Source: Bacteroidota bacterium
GTDB lineage: Bacteria > Bacteroidota > Bacteroidia > Flavobacteriales > Flavobacteriaceae
DNA: 46,366 bases
NCBI GenBank assembly: GCA_039025415.1
Contig: JBCCOJ010000001.1
Location: 1-46,366, forward strand
Reading direction: 5' to 3'
Shown: piece by piece, positions 38,868-46,366 of the stretch
Numbering within the stretch: position 1 is the stretch's first letter
How the letters are laid out: each line of letters starts with the position of its first letter
Translations under genes and position numbers: made by a program
Notes under the pieces: generated by a model
What the model was told of the DNA's origin: nothing
The model's database searches: none
What the model saw: the letters and a program-made list of their open reading frames with translations, nothing else

Positions 38868-40569
38868 CATCTGCTTTTTTAAGTTCAATGGAATTCTCAA
38901 CCCGCTCAATTATCTGGTCGGCATATTCATTTTCATAATTCCATGATAAAATCACTTTCTGCATCACTGATTTATCGTCTGATACAAATATCAATATGGT
39001 GTATTCTCCATTTCTAAAGTCATCAGTATTTGGAATGGGGAATTGTCCTGTCCCATGGATTTTTAATCCTTGGGCGCCGTTGGGCGTGTCAAATTCATCT
39101 TGTTTTACAAGTAAGTTTTTGGCACCATTATCCTCAAACGATTTAATAATTCGCTCTACTTCTGCCGCTACATCCGGTTCTTCGTCTTCTTGAAGGTTTA
39201 AGCGCTCGGTGCTTACAGCTATATCAAATTCAGTATCAAAATCACCGAAACTAAAAAGGGTGTTTTTACTCTGTTGTAAGGTGTCAATTTGCTGAGTCTC
39301 GACGCGCTCAAGAACTACGGGTGCCGATAAGGTTATGGGTGGAAAACCATATTCACTATTAATCCAAGTGCCTTCTAAATACTGCTTAGTGTCGTCACCT
39401 ACTATCGTATCTATCGTGTATTTAAAACCATATTTTATTCCAAAACCAACAAAAGTTGCAACCAAAATGAATAAACTAATGATGACGGTTAGAATTATTT
39501 TATTGCGCCTCTTCTTCCGCTCTTGTTCTTCCCTATATTTTTGGTCGAGTAGTTTTTCTTCTTCTGTTGGCTCAGGAAGTGCTTGCTTTACCTGGTCGAT
39601 TTCCAAATCAATGGTATTTCTATCCATCTTAGCCAATTCAACGTCCACCGAGGATTTTGCAAATTTTACCAAGTCTGCACGCTTAAGAATATTTTCAATG
39701 TTATTGATATCGTCTTTATTAAGGTCAATCTTATTGGCATCCCTTAATAAATTTAATCTTGTTATCAACTCATCTGTTGTGCTTTCCAGTGCACGGTTGT
39801 AGACTTTTTCATCAAGATATTTTCTAATGATAAAGGTCAATTCAGAATAGTAGTCCTTGAGTTCAGCTCGTTGTAAATAATTGCTTTCATCTAGTTTTTG
39901 CAAGGCTAATTTAGCCCTATCGTAGGGAGGTAATAATGCAATTTTCTCATCTTCGGAAAGTGGCTTCTTTCTCCATATGAACCAATAGAGTAGAAATGCA
40001 ATTAGCGCAATAATAAGCAGGACGATTATTAAATACTTCCACCAATTACCTGAATTTGGCTTAACCTCAATCAATGGTTTTATATCGTATAAATCCTGTT
40101 TTGTAGTATCAATTTCAATAGTGTTGACTTGAACTTGAAGTGAATCTGTAAAAAATATCTTGTCGCCAATGAAAACTTTTTGCTTGGGTATTAGATAGCT
40201 TCCTGAATCAAATTGGGTTAACCCATAGGACTTAATCAACTTATATTTTGCATCATTTTTTGTGGTATCGGTATCATAGGCTTCAATCATTTCTAAGGGA
40301 AGAAACGTTTGGCCTTCAGGAAAGACCACTAAATCAGTAGTATCTGTCTCAACTTGAATTTTATAAGTTATTTGTTCACCAATTTTTATATTCGTGGTAT
40401 CAATTGATGATGAGACTTGGGCGTTAGCAACTACTGAAAAGAGAAAAAAGAAAAGAGAAAAAAGACCGAAGACCGAAGACAGAGGAGGGAAGACTGAAAA
40501 ATCAGATTTCTCGAGATGCACGTCACCTCTGACTAGGAATTTAATATATAGATTAGACGTAAATTTCAA
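38857..40569 (-). CDS. Bat-operon membrane protein (BatD-like N-terminal domain, two TM helices); start uncertain
   Basis: Signal peptide, IGEQI, DIKP, ALESTTDE, ADLVKFAK; lies between DUF58 and batA. Confidence 0.8.
   Translation of the reverse strand: MKFTSNLYIKFLVRGDVHLEKSDFSVFPPLSSVFGLFSLFFFLFSVVANAQVSSSIDTTNIKIGEQITYKIQVETDTTDLVVFPEGQTFLPLEMIEAYDTDTTKNDAKYKLIKSYGLTQFDSGSYLIPKQKVFIGDKIFFTDSLQVQVNTIEIDTTKQDLYDIKPLIEVKPNSGNWWKYLIIVLLIIALIAFLLYWFIWRKKPLSEDEKIALLPPYDRAKLALQKLDESNYLQRAELKDYYSELTFIIRKYLDEKVYNRALESTTDELITRLNLLRDANKIDLNKDDINNIENILKRADLVKFAKSSVDVELAKMDRNTIDLEIDQVKQALPEPTEEEKLLDQKYREEQERKKRRNKIILTVIISLFILVATFVGFGIKYGFKYTIDTIVGDDTKQYLEGTWINSEYGFPPITLSAPVVLERVETQQIDTLQQSKNTLFSFGDFDTEFDIAVSTERLNLQEDEEPDVAAEVERIIKSFEDNGAKNLLVKQDEFDTPNGAQGLKIHGTGQFPIPNTDDFRNGEYTILIFVSDDKSVMQKVILSWNYENEYADQIIERVENSIELKKADDDV
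40463..40497. repeat. Five tandem heptamers within signal-peptide coding region
   Basis: AGACCGA AGACCGA AGACAGA GGAGGGA AGACTGA. Confidence 0.7.
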
Positions 40570-40666
40570 ATCTTGACTACGATTTTTTTAATTTCTATGT
40601 TTTAAATGCTTTAAGCTATTCAATCTTGGTTCTTGGTTCAATAAATCCTGATTCCAACCTCTAAAA

Positions 40667-41533
40667 TTATCCTCTTCGCTTAAAATAGCCCAGTAACTTT
40701 TTTACATAACTTTCATCAGTTCTGCAATCGATGACCCCAGCTCCTGATTTGGTAAAAGCATCTTTAAAATAAGCTACCTTCTCCTCATAGAAGCGCGAAT
40801 AATTAGTTCTTGTTTTTCTTGAGGAGGTATTTACAAGAACCAATTCTCCAGACTCTTCATCCTCCATTTGTACCATGCCAAGATTTGGTATATTTTCCTC
40901 GTGCCGGTCGTAAATTCTAATACCAGTTATATCGTGCCTTCCTGCTGAAATTTTGAGGGTTTGCTTATAGTCATCAGTAATGAAATCTGAAAGCACAAAT
41001 ACAATGGCTTTCTTTTTCATCACGTTTGACAAAAACTTCAGCGCATGGGCCAAATCGGTTTTTTTGCTTTTTGGATTAAACTCAATGAGTTCACGTATAA
41101 TTCTCAAAACATGAGAACGTCCTTTTTTTGGCGGTATATAAAGTTCAATCTCATCAGAAAACAAAATCAAACCTATTTTATCGTTATTCTGCGTTGCCGA
41201 AAACGCTAGCGTTGCTGCAATTTCAGTCACGATTTCATTCTTAAATTGCTCTTCCGTTCCAAATAATTTTGAACCTGATATATCGACCACCAACATCATG
41301 GTAAGTTCGCGCTCTTCCTCAAAAACTTTTATAAATGGTTCGTTGTAGCGGGCAGTAACATTCCAATCAATGTTTCTTACATCATCACCAAATTGATACT
41401 GTCTTACTTCAGAAAAAGTCATTCCGCGGCCCTTAAATGTCGAATGGTACTCCCCACCAAAAATATGGTCAGACAGTCGACGAGTCTTGATTTCAATCTT
41501 TCGTACTTTTTTTAAAAGTTCTTTGGTATCCAT
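40667..41533 (-). CDS. DUF58 domain (VWA-like) protein
   Basis: GRGMTFSEVRQY, GDDVRNIDWNVTAR, DISGS, SDF. Confidence 0.92.
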   Translation of the reverse strand: MDTKELLKKVRKIEIKTRRLSDHIFGGEYHSTFKGRGMTFSEVRQYQFGDDVRNIDWNVTARYNEPFIKVFEEERELTMMLVVDISGSKLFGTEEQFKNEIVTEIAATLAFSATQNNDKIGLILFSDEIELYIPPKKGRSHVLRIIRELIEFNPKSKKTDLAHALKFLSNVMKKKAIVFVLSDFITDDYKQTLKISAGRHDITGIRIYDRHEENIPNLGMVQMEDEESGELVLVNTSSRKTRTNYSRFYEEKVAYFKDAFTKSGAGVIDCRTDESYVKKLLGYFKRRG

Positions 41534-41535
41534 AG

Positions 41536-41561
41536 GCCCCCTCCGCCCCCTAAGGGGGAAC
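41536..41561 (+). repeat. Triplex-type repeat, copy C
   Basis: GCCCCC TCCG CCCCC TAA GGGGG AAC. Confidence 0.8.
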
Positions 41562-41650
41562 AGGTTGAGTTTTAAATTTTAATAGTTTAAAGATGAAATG
41601 ACATTTCTAGATTTCAAAAGTTTATGCCCGCGTTCTACTCCGTTGTGAAA

Positions 41651-41675
41651 GTTCCCCCTTTGGGGGTTAGGGGGC
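41651..41675 (-). repeat. Triplex-type repeat, copy D
   Basis: Minus strand GCCCCC TAA CCCCC AAA GGGGG AAC. Confidence 0.8.
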
Positions 41676-41677
41676 TT

Positions 41678-42679
41678 TTACGGCACCTCAATCTCATTAA
41701 CAATCTTACTAATAATGTCCACTGAGGTCACGTTTTCGGCCTCAGCCTCATAAGTGATTCCTATTCTGTGACGAAGCACATCATAGACCACAGCCCGAAC
41801 ATCTTCTGGGATGACGTAGCCCCTTCGTTTAATAAAGGCATAACATTTAGCAGCGGTTGCTAAATTGATACTTCCCCTTGGCGAGGCTCCAAAGGATATT
41901 AAAGGTTTTAATGATTCTAATCTATATTGTTCTGGATATCTTGTGGCAAAAATGATATCAAGAATATACTTTTCAATTTTCTCATCCATATAAACTTCAC
42001 GAACAACCTCTTGAGCTTTCAAAATCTGTGCTACTGAAATCACCGGATTCACCTTATCCCATGCACCTTTTAAATTGGCGCGCATAATAAGCTGTTCTTC
42101 AGCTTGCTTTGGGTAATCTATTACCGTTTTCAGCATAAAACGGTCAACCTGTGCTTCGGGTAATGGGTATGTTCCTTCTTGTTCTACAGGGTTTTGGGTT
42201 GCCATAACTAAAAAGGGCTTGTCCAAGATAAAGGTTTCTTCGCCTATGGTTACCTGCTTTTCCTGCATAGCCTCTAGTAACGCCGATTGCACCTTTGCAG
42301 GAGCACGATTAATTTCATCTGCAAGTACGAAATTGGCGAAAATCGGTCCCTTCTTAATTGAGAAGTCATTGAGTTTCATATTGTAAATAAGCGTACCTAC
42401 GACATCGGCGGGGAGTAAATCTGGTGTAAATTGGATTCGGCTAAAACTTCCATCGACAGCCTGGGAAAGCGTATTAATTGCTAAGGTTTTTGCCAGACCT
42501 GGAACACCTTCCAATAGAATGTGACCTCGGCCCAGAAGTCCAATCAGCAAGCGTTCTACCATGTGTTTTTGACCTACGATGACCTTGTTCATTTCCATCA
42601 TCAAAAGGTCTACAAAAGCACTTTCTTTCTCTATTTTTTCATTGATTGACTTAATGTCAACCGTACCTATCTCATCCAT
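41678..42679 (-). CDS. moxR: MoxR-family AAA+ ATPase
   Basis: EGVPGLAKT, RIQFTPDLLPAD, LADEINRA, ATQNP, LPEAQVDRF, GASPR. Confidence 0.95.
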   Translation of the reverse strand: MDEIGTVDIKSINEKIEKESAFVDLLMMEMNKVIVGQKHMVERLLIGLLGRGHILLEGVPGLAKTLAINTLSQAVDGSFSRIQFTPDLLPADVVGTLIYNMKLNDFSIKKGPIFANFVLADEINRAPAKVQSALLEAMQEKQVTIGEETFILDKPFLVMATQNPVEQEGTYPLPEAQVDRFMLKTVIDYPKQAEEQLIMRANLKGAWDKVNPVISVAQILKAQEVVREVYMDEKIEKYILDIIFATRYPEQYRLESLKPLISFGASPRGSINLATAAKCYAFIKRRGYVIPEDVRAVVYDVLRHRIGITYEAEAENVTSVDIISKIVNEIEVP

Positions 42680-42842
42680 AGAAATATTTAGTTTAATTCT
42701 GGTATTGAAGCGTGAAATTTAATGATAACGCAATTGAAATAATAAAAAGCCATATTTAATTCAATATTCAATTGCGTCTAGCCCTCTAATAGTCGTGCAA
42801 ATTGTTAATTTTTTTCATTTTATAGCGTTAAGGATTGGTTAA

Positions 42843-42875
42843 AAAGCAAAGCGCAATTCCTCTAGGAAATTGCGC
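42843..42875 (-). terminator. Terminator after lipoprotein gene
   Basis: Minus strand GCGCAATT...AATTGCGC then TTTGCTTTTT. Confidence 0.65.
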
Positions 42876-42917
42876 TGTTAAAATCATGGTTAGAGATTTA
42901 AAATCTCAACAGTTTAT

Positions 42918-43475
42918 TTATCTAATATTTAAGTGACGCATCATCGTATTCATTTCTGGTGTAAAAGTAATTTCATTGCCTGAAATTGAGATGGAGTTAT
43001 CTGCTTCAATTTCCATGGTAAATTCATAACCTTTATTTGCATCTAAAGTGGTAGGGACGAGATTTGATATTTCTAAAGCTTCGCTATAATTCTCGAACGT
43101 TTTCTTGACACCATTCACTATGGCTGCATTATCATCCCCTAAAACTAATTTTATTTTTTGAACCTTACCCGCCTCAATCAGAGCGCTGTTGACCAAGGTT
43201 AATTGATTTTCATGATTATAATTGGAAATGTTTTGCAATCCGGTATTTATTGTTTCCAATGAAACCCAATTTGCTACATCATTGGTGGAGCCAATTAATA
43301 ACTGGACTTCTTCAATATTCAATATAATTTGATTTAAGTCCTCTGAAGCCCCATTTATTTTTACACTAACAATTGAACCTTGCTCCAAGGTGCTCTCTTC
43401 TTTCGAGCAACTGGTTGCTAGAAAAAACAAACTAAGTAAAAAAAATAGTGTTTTGTAGGTAGATAAAGATGTCAT
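42918..43475 (-). CDS. Surface lipoprotein, DUF4382-like
   Basis: Lipobox ATSC followed by SKEE export-signal-like residues; IKLVLGDDN; start reset to Met 43475. Confidence 0.7.
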   Translation of the reverse strand: MTSLSTYKTLFFLLSLFFLATSCSKEESTLEQGSIVSVKINGASEDLNQIILNIEEVQLLIGSTNDVANWVSLETINTGLQNISNYNHENQLTLVNSALIEAGKVQKIKLVLGDDNAAIVNGVKKTFENYSEALEISNLVPTTLDANKGYEFTMEIEADNSISISGNEITFTPEMNTMMRHLNIR

Positions 43476-43573
43476 GATTTGGGGTCTTTTATTATTATCT
43501 ATCCCTAAATTTATGGCGGGTTGTCCCTTTTGAGTAATTTTAGGTATCAAACGCAAAAAAATCACCATCAACC

Positions 43574-44446
43574 GTGGAAAAATGTAAATTCTCTCGATTA
43601 ATTGCAGGTACAATGACCTGGGGTGAATGGGGTAAAAAGCTTAATGTCAATCAAATGGTTGACCTTATGAGTCATTTTGTCTCTCTGGGCATTACCTCTT
43701 TCGACCATGCGGATATTTACGGGGGTTACACCACCGAAGCAGAATTTGGCAACGCATTCGCTAAAAGTAATATTGAAAGAAGCCATGTGCAGTTTATCAG
43801 TAAATGTGGCATTCAGTTGATTGACGATAAAAGAAAAACAACAGTCAAACATTACAACTATAACAAAGAATATATCTTATCGTCGGCCGAAAATTCGCTT
43901 AAGCATTTAAAAACAGACTACCTAGATATACTGCTTTTGCATCGGCCTAGCCCCTTAATGCATCCAGAAGAAATTGCAGAAGCAATTAGTAAGCTCATTG
44001 ATGCGGGAAAAATTAGAACGTTTGGGGTTTCAAATTTTACGATTCATCAAATGGAATTGATTTCTAAGTATTTGAACATTACAGTCAACCAGATTGAATG
44101 TTCATTGTCGGAATCAACTGCGATGACCAATGGCACTTTAGATTATCTAATGTCAAAAGGTATAGCCGCAATGGCTTGGTCGCCTCTAGGATGTATCTTT
44201 AAAGAAAATACCGAGCAAACGAAGAGAATACATCATGTATTAAATGAATTATGTCAAAAATATAACGCTGAAAAAGACCAATTGCTTTTGGCTTGGCTGT
44301 TGAAGCATCCCATAAATATTAAACCCGTTTTGGGCACCACCACTAAAGATAGAATAGCACGCTGTGCAAAGGCGCTTGAGATTGAGATGGAACTAGAAGA
44401 TTGGTTTAAATTATTGGAGGCTAGTAAAGGGGAGGAGGTTCCATAA
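43574..44446 (+). CDS. Aldo/keto reductase (YdhF-like)
   Basis: FDHADIYG, SKCG, LLLHRP, GVSNF, AWSPLG. Confidence 0.92.
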   Translation: MEKCKFSRLIAGTMTWGEWGKKLNVNQMVDLMSHFVSLGITSFDHADIYGGYTTEAEFGNAFAKSNIERSHVQFISKCGIQLIDDKRKTTVKHYNYNKEYILSSAENSLKHLKTDYLDILLLHRPSPLMHPEEIAEAISKLIDAGKIRTFGVSNFTIHQMELISKYLNITVNQIECSLSESTAMTNGTLDYLMSKGIAAMAWSPLGCIFKENTEQTKRIHHVLNELCQKYNAEKDQLLLAWLLKHPINIKPVLGTTTKDRIARCAKALEIEMELEDWFKLLEASKGEEVP

Positions 44447-44485
44447 GCCCCCTGACAGCCCCTCCCAGCCTCCCCAATGGGGAGG
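44447..44485 (+). repeat. Triplex-type repeat, copy E (with an extra GCCCCC at its start)
   Basis: GCCCCC TGACA G CCCCTCC CAG CCTCCCC AAT GGGGAGG. Confidence 0.8.
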
Positions 44486-44580
44486 AGTGCTTACTCGGAT
44501 GTATAAAAATCAATACTTAGTGAATTTGTGACCATCAGTGAAATTTGCGAGATACTAATTAATTTCAATTTGAATGAACT

Positions 44581-45339
44581 ATGAAAAACAAAACAGTCTT
44601 AATCACAGGAGCTACCAGCGGAATTGGCAGGGCAACAGCCTATGAATTAGCCAACCACCGTTATAATCTAATTCTTTGTGGCAGACGCCAGGAACGGCTT
44701 GAAGAAATTGTGGAGAAACTTAAGAATAAGACCAAAATTCATACCCTCAATTTTGACGTACGCGATAAAAAGGCCGTTTTTGATGCCATTGAATCCTTAC
44801 CTAAATCTTTTAAGACGATTGATGTTTTGATAAATAATGCGGGCAATGCGCACGGTCTTGATCCAATTGATTCTGGAAGCGTGGAAGATTGGGATGCCAT
44901 GATGGATATTAACGTCAAGGGATTACTTTACGTTAGCAAAGCTGTAATTCCGCAAATGACCGAAAGAAAGTCGGGCCAAATTATAAATATAGGGTCGTCT
45001 GCAGGAAAAGAGGTTTATCCTAAAGGAAATGTTTACTGCGGAAGTAAACACGCGGTGCTCGCCATTACCGAAGGCATGCGATTGGACTTAAATCCTTACG
45101 GCATAAGGGTGGGAGCTATAAATCCAGGCTTAGTTGAAACTGAATTTTCAAAAGTGCGATTTAAAAGGGACAAAAAAGCCGATGATGTTTACAAAGGCTA
45201 TAAGGCGCTACAAGCGGAAGATGTTGCCGAAGTAATTCATTTTGCAATTTCGAGACCTCCCCATGTAAACATTGCGGATGTTTTGATGTTCTGTACGGCG
45301 CAGGCAAACTCTACCATTGTGAAAAAATCAGAAAATTAA
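44581..45339 (+). CDS. Short-chain dehydrogenase/reductase (YdfG-like)
   Basis: TGATSGIG, NNAG, YCGSK, PGLVETEFS. Confidence 0.92.
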   Translation: MKNKTVLITGATSGIGRATAYELANHRYNLILCGRRQERLEEIVEKLKNKTKIHTLNFDVRDKKAVFDAIESLPKSFKTIDVLINNAGNAHGLDPIDSGSVEDWDAMMDINVKGLLYVSKAVIPQMTERKSGQIINIGSSAGKEVYPKGNVYCGSKHAVLAITEGMRLDLNPYGIRVGAINPGLVETEFSKVRFKRDKKADDVYKGYKALQAEDVAEVIHFAISRPPHVNIADVLMFCTAQANSTIVKKSEN

Positions 45340-45340
45340 A

Positions 45341-45362
45341 TCCCCTTTGGGGATTTAGGGGC
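45341..45362 (-). repeat. Triplex-type repeat, copy F
   Basis: Minus strand G CCCCT AAA TCCCC AAA GGGGA. Confidence 0.75.
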
Positions 45363-45364
45363 TT

Positions 45365-46366
45365 ATGATTAACAAACGCCTACTTATTAAAAATCTATTA
45401 GCTCATAATGATGAGAATAGCTTTTATGATAAAAAGCGTAAGATTGATATTGGGCAAAAAGAAGGCAAAGCTAAATTTTTAAAACACGTTTGCGCACTTT
45501 CAAATAGTAACCCTAAAAACAATTCTTATATCGTAATTGGAGTCGAGGATGCTGACAATAAAATTGTAGGTACCCATTTCTTTGACGACAGCAAAATTCA
45601 AAATCTGATTAATGCGTATTTGACCAATCCGCCAATCGTACAATACGAGAACATACCGTTTCCACATCTTCCAGATAATAAGGTCGTTGGGTTGGTAACC
45701 ATTCGCCCCATGGACGAACTTACCGCACTTAGAAAGAACATTTGGAAATATTACGGTGGCTCGGTATTCTTTAGGGATGGTAGCATGAGTATGCCTAAAA
45801 TATTTGATATTGTAATAAAGGATGTAAACTCAAAAATAGTCGAGGCCATCGAGTCACACGCTCAAAATAATATTGAGTTAACTTTGAATGGCGTATTCGA
45901 CTTTATGAAAAAGAGAAATGATTATAATCCGCAGTATAAAGTATTTAAGGAATATTTTGTCTTGTGCTGGTCTGGACTCAAGAAAACGGTAAAGAATAAA
46001 ATCTATTTTTCTAGGGTTGATATTGAGTTGATAAATGAGCAAGTGAGATTATTTTTTTCAACTCTTGACGAAGTTGCCATAACATACGATGACAATAAGT
46101 TCAAAATTCTCGAATACGTTAGTCTCGGTCTTCAAGACAACTTTAAGTATTACGAATTAGAGGAAACGATAATTAAATTTGAAGATAGTGCCCAATATAC
46201 CATTGAAACAAATTTACTTTTCCAACCGCCACAATACGACAGGAAAGTGCTTTACCACATTTACAATTCAAACAATGCCCTTTTGGAAAAACTGAAGAAA
46301 GGACTGACGCTTAATAAAAATGAAAAGCGGGATTTGCAAAATCTTCCCGCAACCTATCTTATTTGC
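45365..46366 (+). CDS. AlbA_2 (Schlafen-like) domain protein, truncated by window edge; missing from ORF track
   Basis: MINKRLLIKNLLAHNDENSFYDKK...KHVCALSNS...YIVIGVED; frame appears open to the end of the window. Confidence 0.8.
   Translation, partial: MINKRLLIKNLLAHNDENSFYDKKRKIDIGQKEGKAKFLKHVCALSNSNPKNNSYIVIGVEDADNKIVGTHFFDDSKIQNLINAYLTNPPIVQYENIPFPHLPDNKVVGLVTIRPMDELTALRKNIWKYYGGSVFFRDGSMSMPKIFDIVIKDVNSKIVEAIESHAQNNIELTLNGVFDFMKKRNDYNPQYKVFKEYFVLCWSGLKKTVKNKIYFSRVDIELINEQVRLFFSTLDEVAITYDDNKFKILEYVSLGLQDNFKYYELEETIIKFEDSAQYTIETNLLFQPPQYDRKVLYHIYNSNNALLEKLKKGLTLNKNEKRDLQNLPATYLIC

Noticed and set aside
43476-43613. N-terminal extension of the lipoprotein ORF overlapping the AKR gene
   Set aside because: Lipoprotein signal starts at Met 43475; the extension is a longest-ORF artefact.
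26151-45362. CRISPR or integron interpretation of the dispersed repeats
   Set aside because: No regular repeat-spacer array, cas genes, attC cores or integrase.

Overview
AT-rich, mostly housekeeping chromosomal segment of a Bacteroidota bacterium, most likely Flavobacteriaceae. Evidence for this: T9SS C-terminal sorting signals, a remB-like gene, a moxR-DUF58-batABCDE cluster, and TAnnTTTG promoter elements ahead of many genes. Contents: class Ia nrdB-nrdA, hemD-like, pyrC, tyrS, a PhoB/PhoR-like pair, trmB, an mrp-nfu-FNR-ferredoxin cluster, gpsA, a small accessory islet (YafQ-type toxin-antitoxin plus a T9SS beta-propeller), pheS, SulP, the bat operon, and an AlbA_2-type gene running off the right edge. 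No rRNA, tRNA, CRISPR array or transposase was seen. The most interesting signal is intergenic. (1) Two dispersed copies of a ~112-123 nt multi-stem element with compensatory base changes, each folding antisense to its operon and carrying a nested 21-nt hairpin. (2) Six copies of a mirror-plus-inverted C5-N3-C5-N3-G5 triplex-type repeat whose GCCCC end abuts stop or start codons. (3) Several hexamer/heptamer micro-repeats at bat operon junctions, one read into a signal peptide. (4) A candidate ~150-nt sRNA downstream of tyrS. Family names are assigned from motif recognition only; no searches were run.
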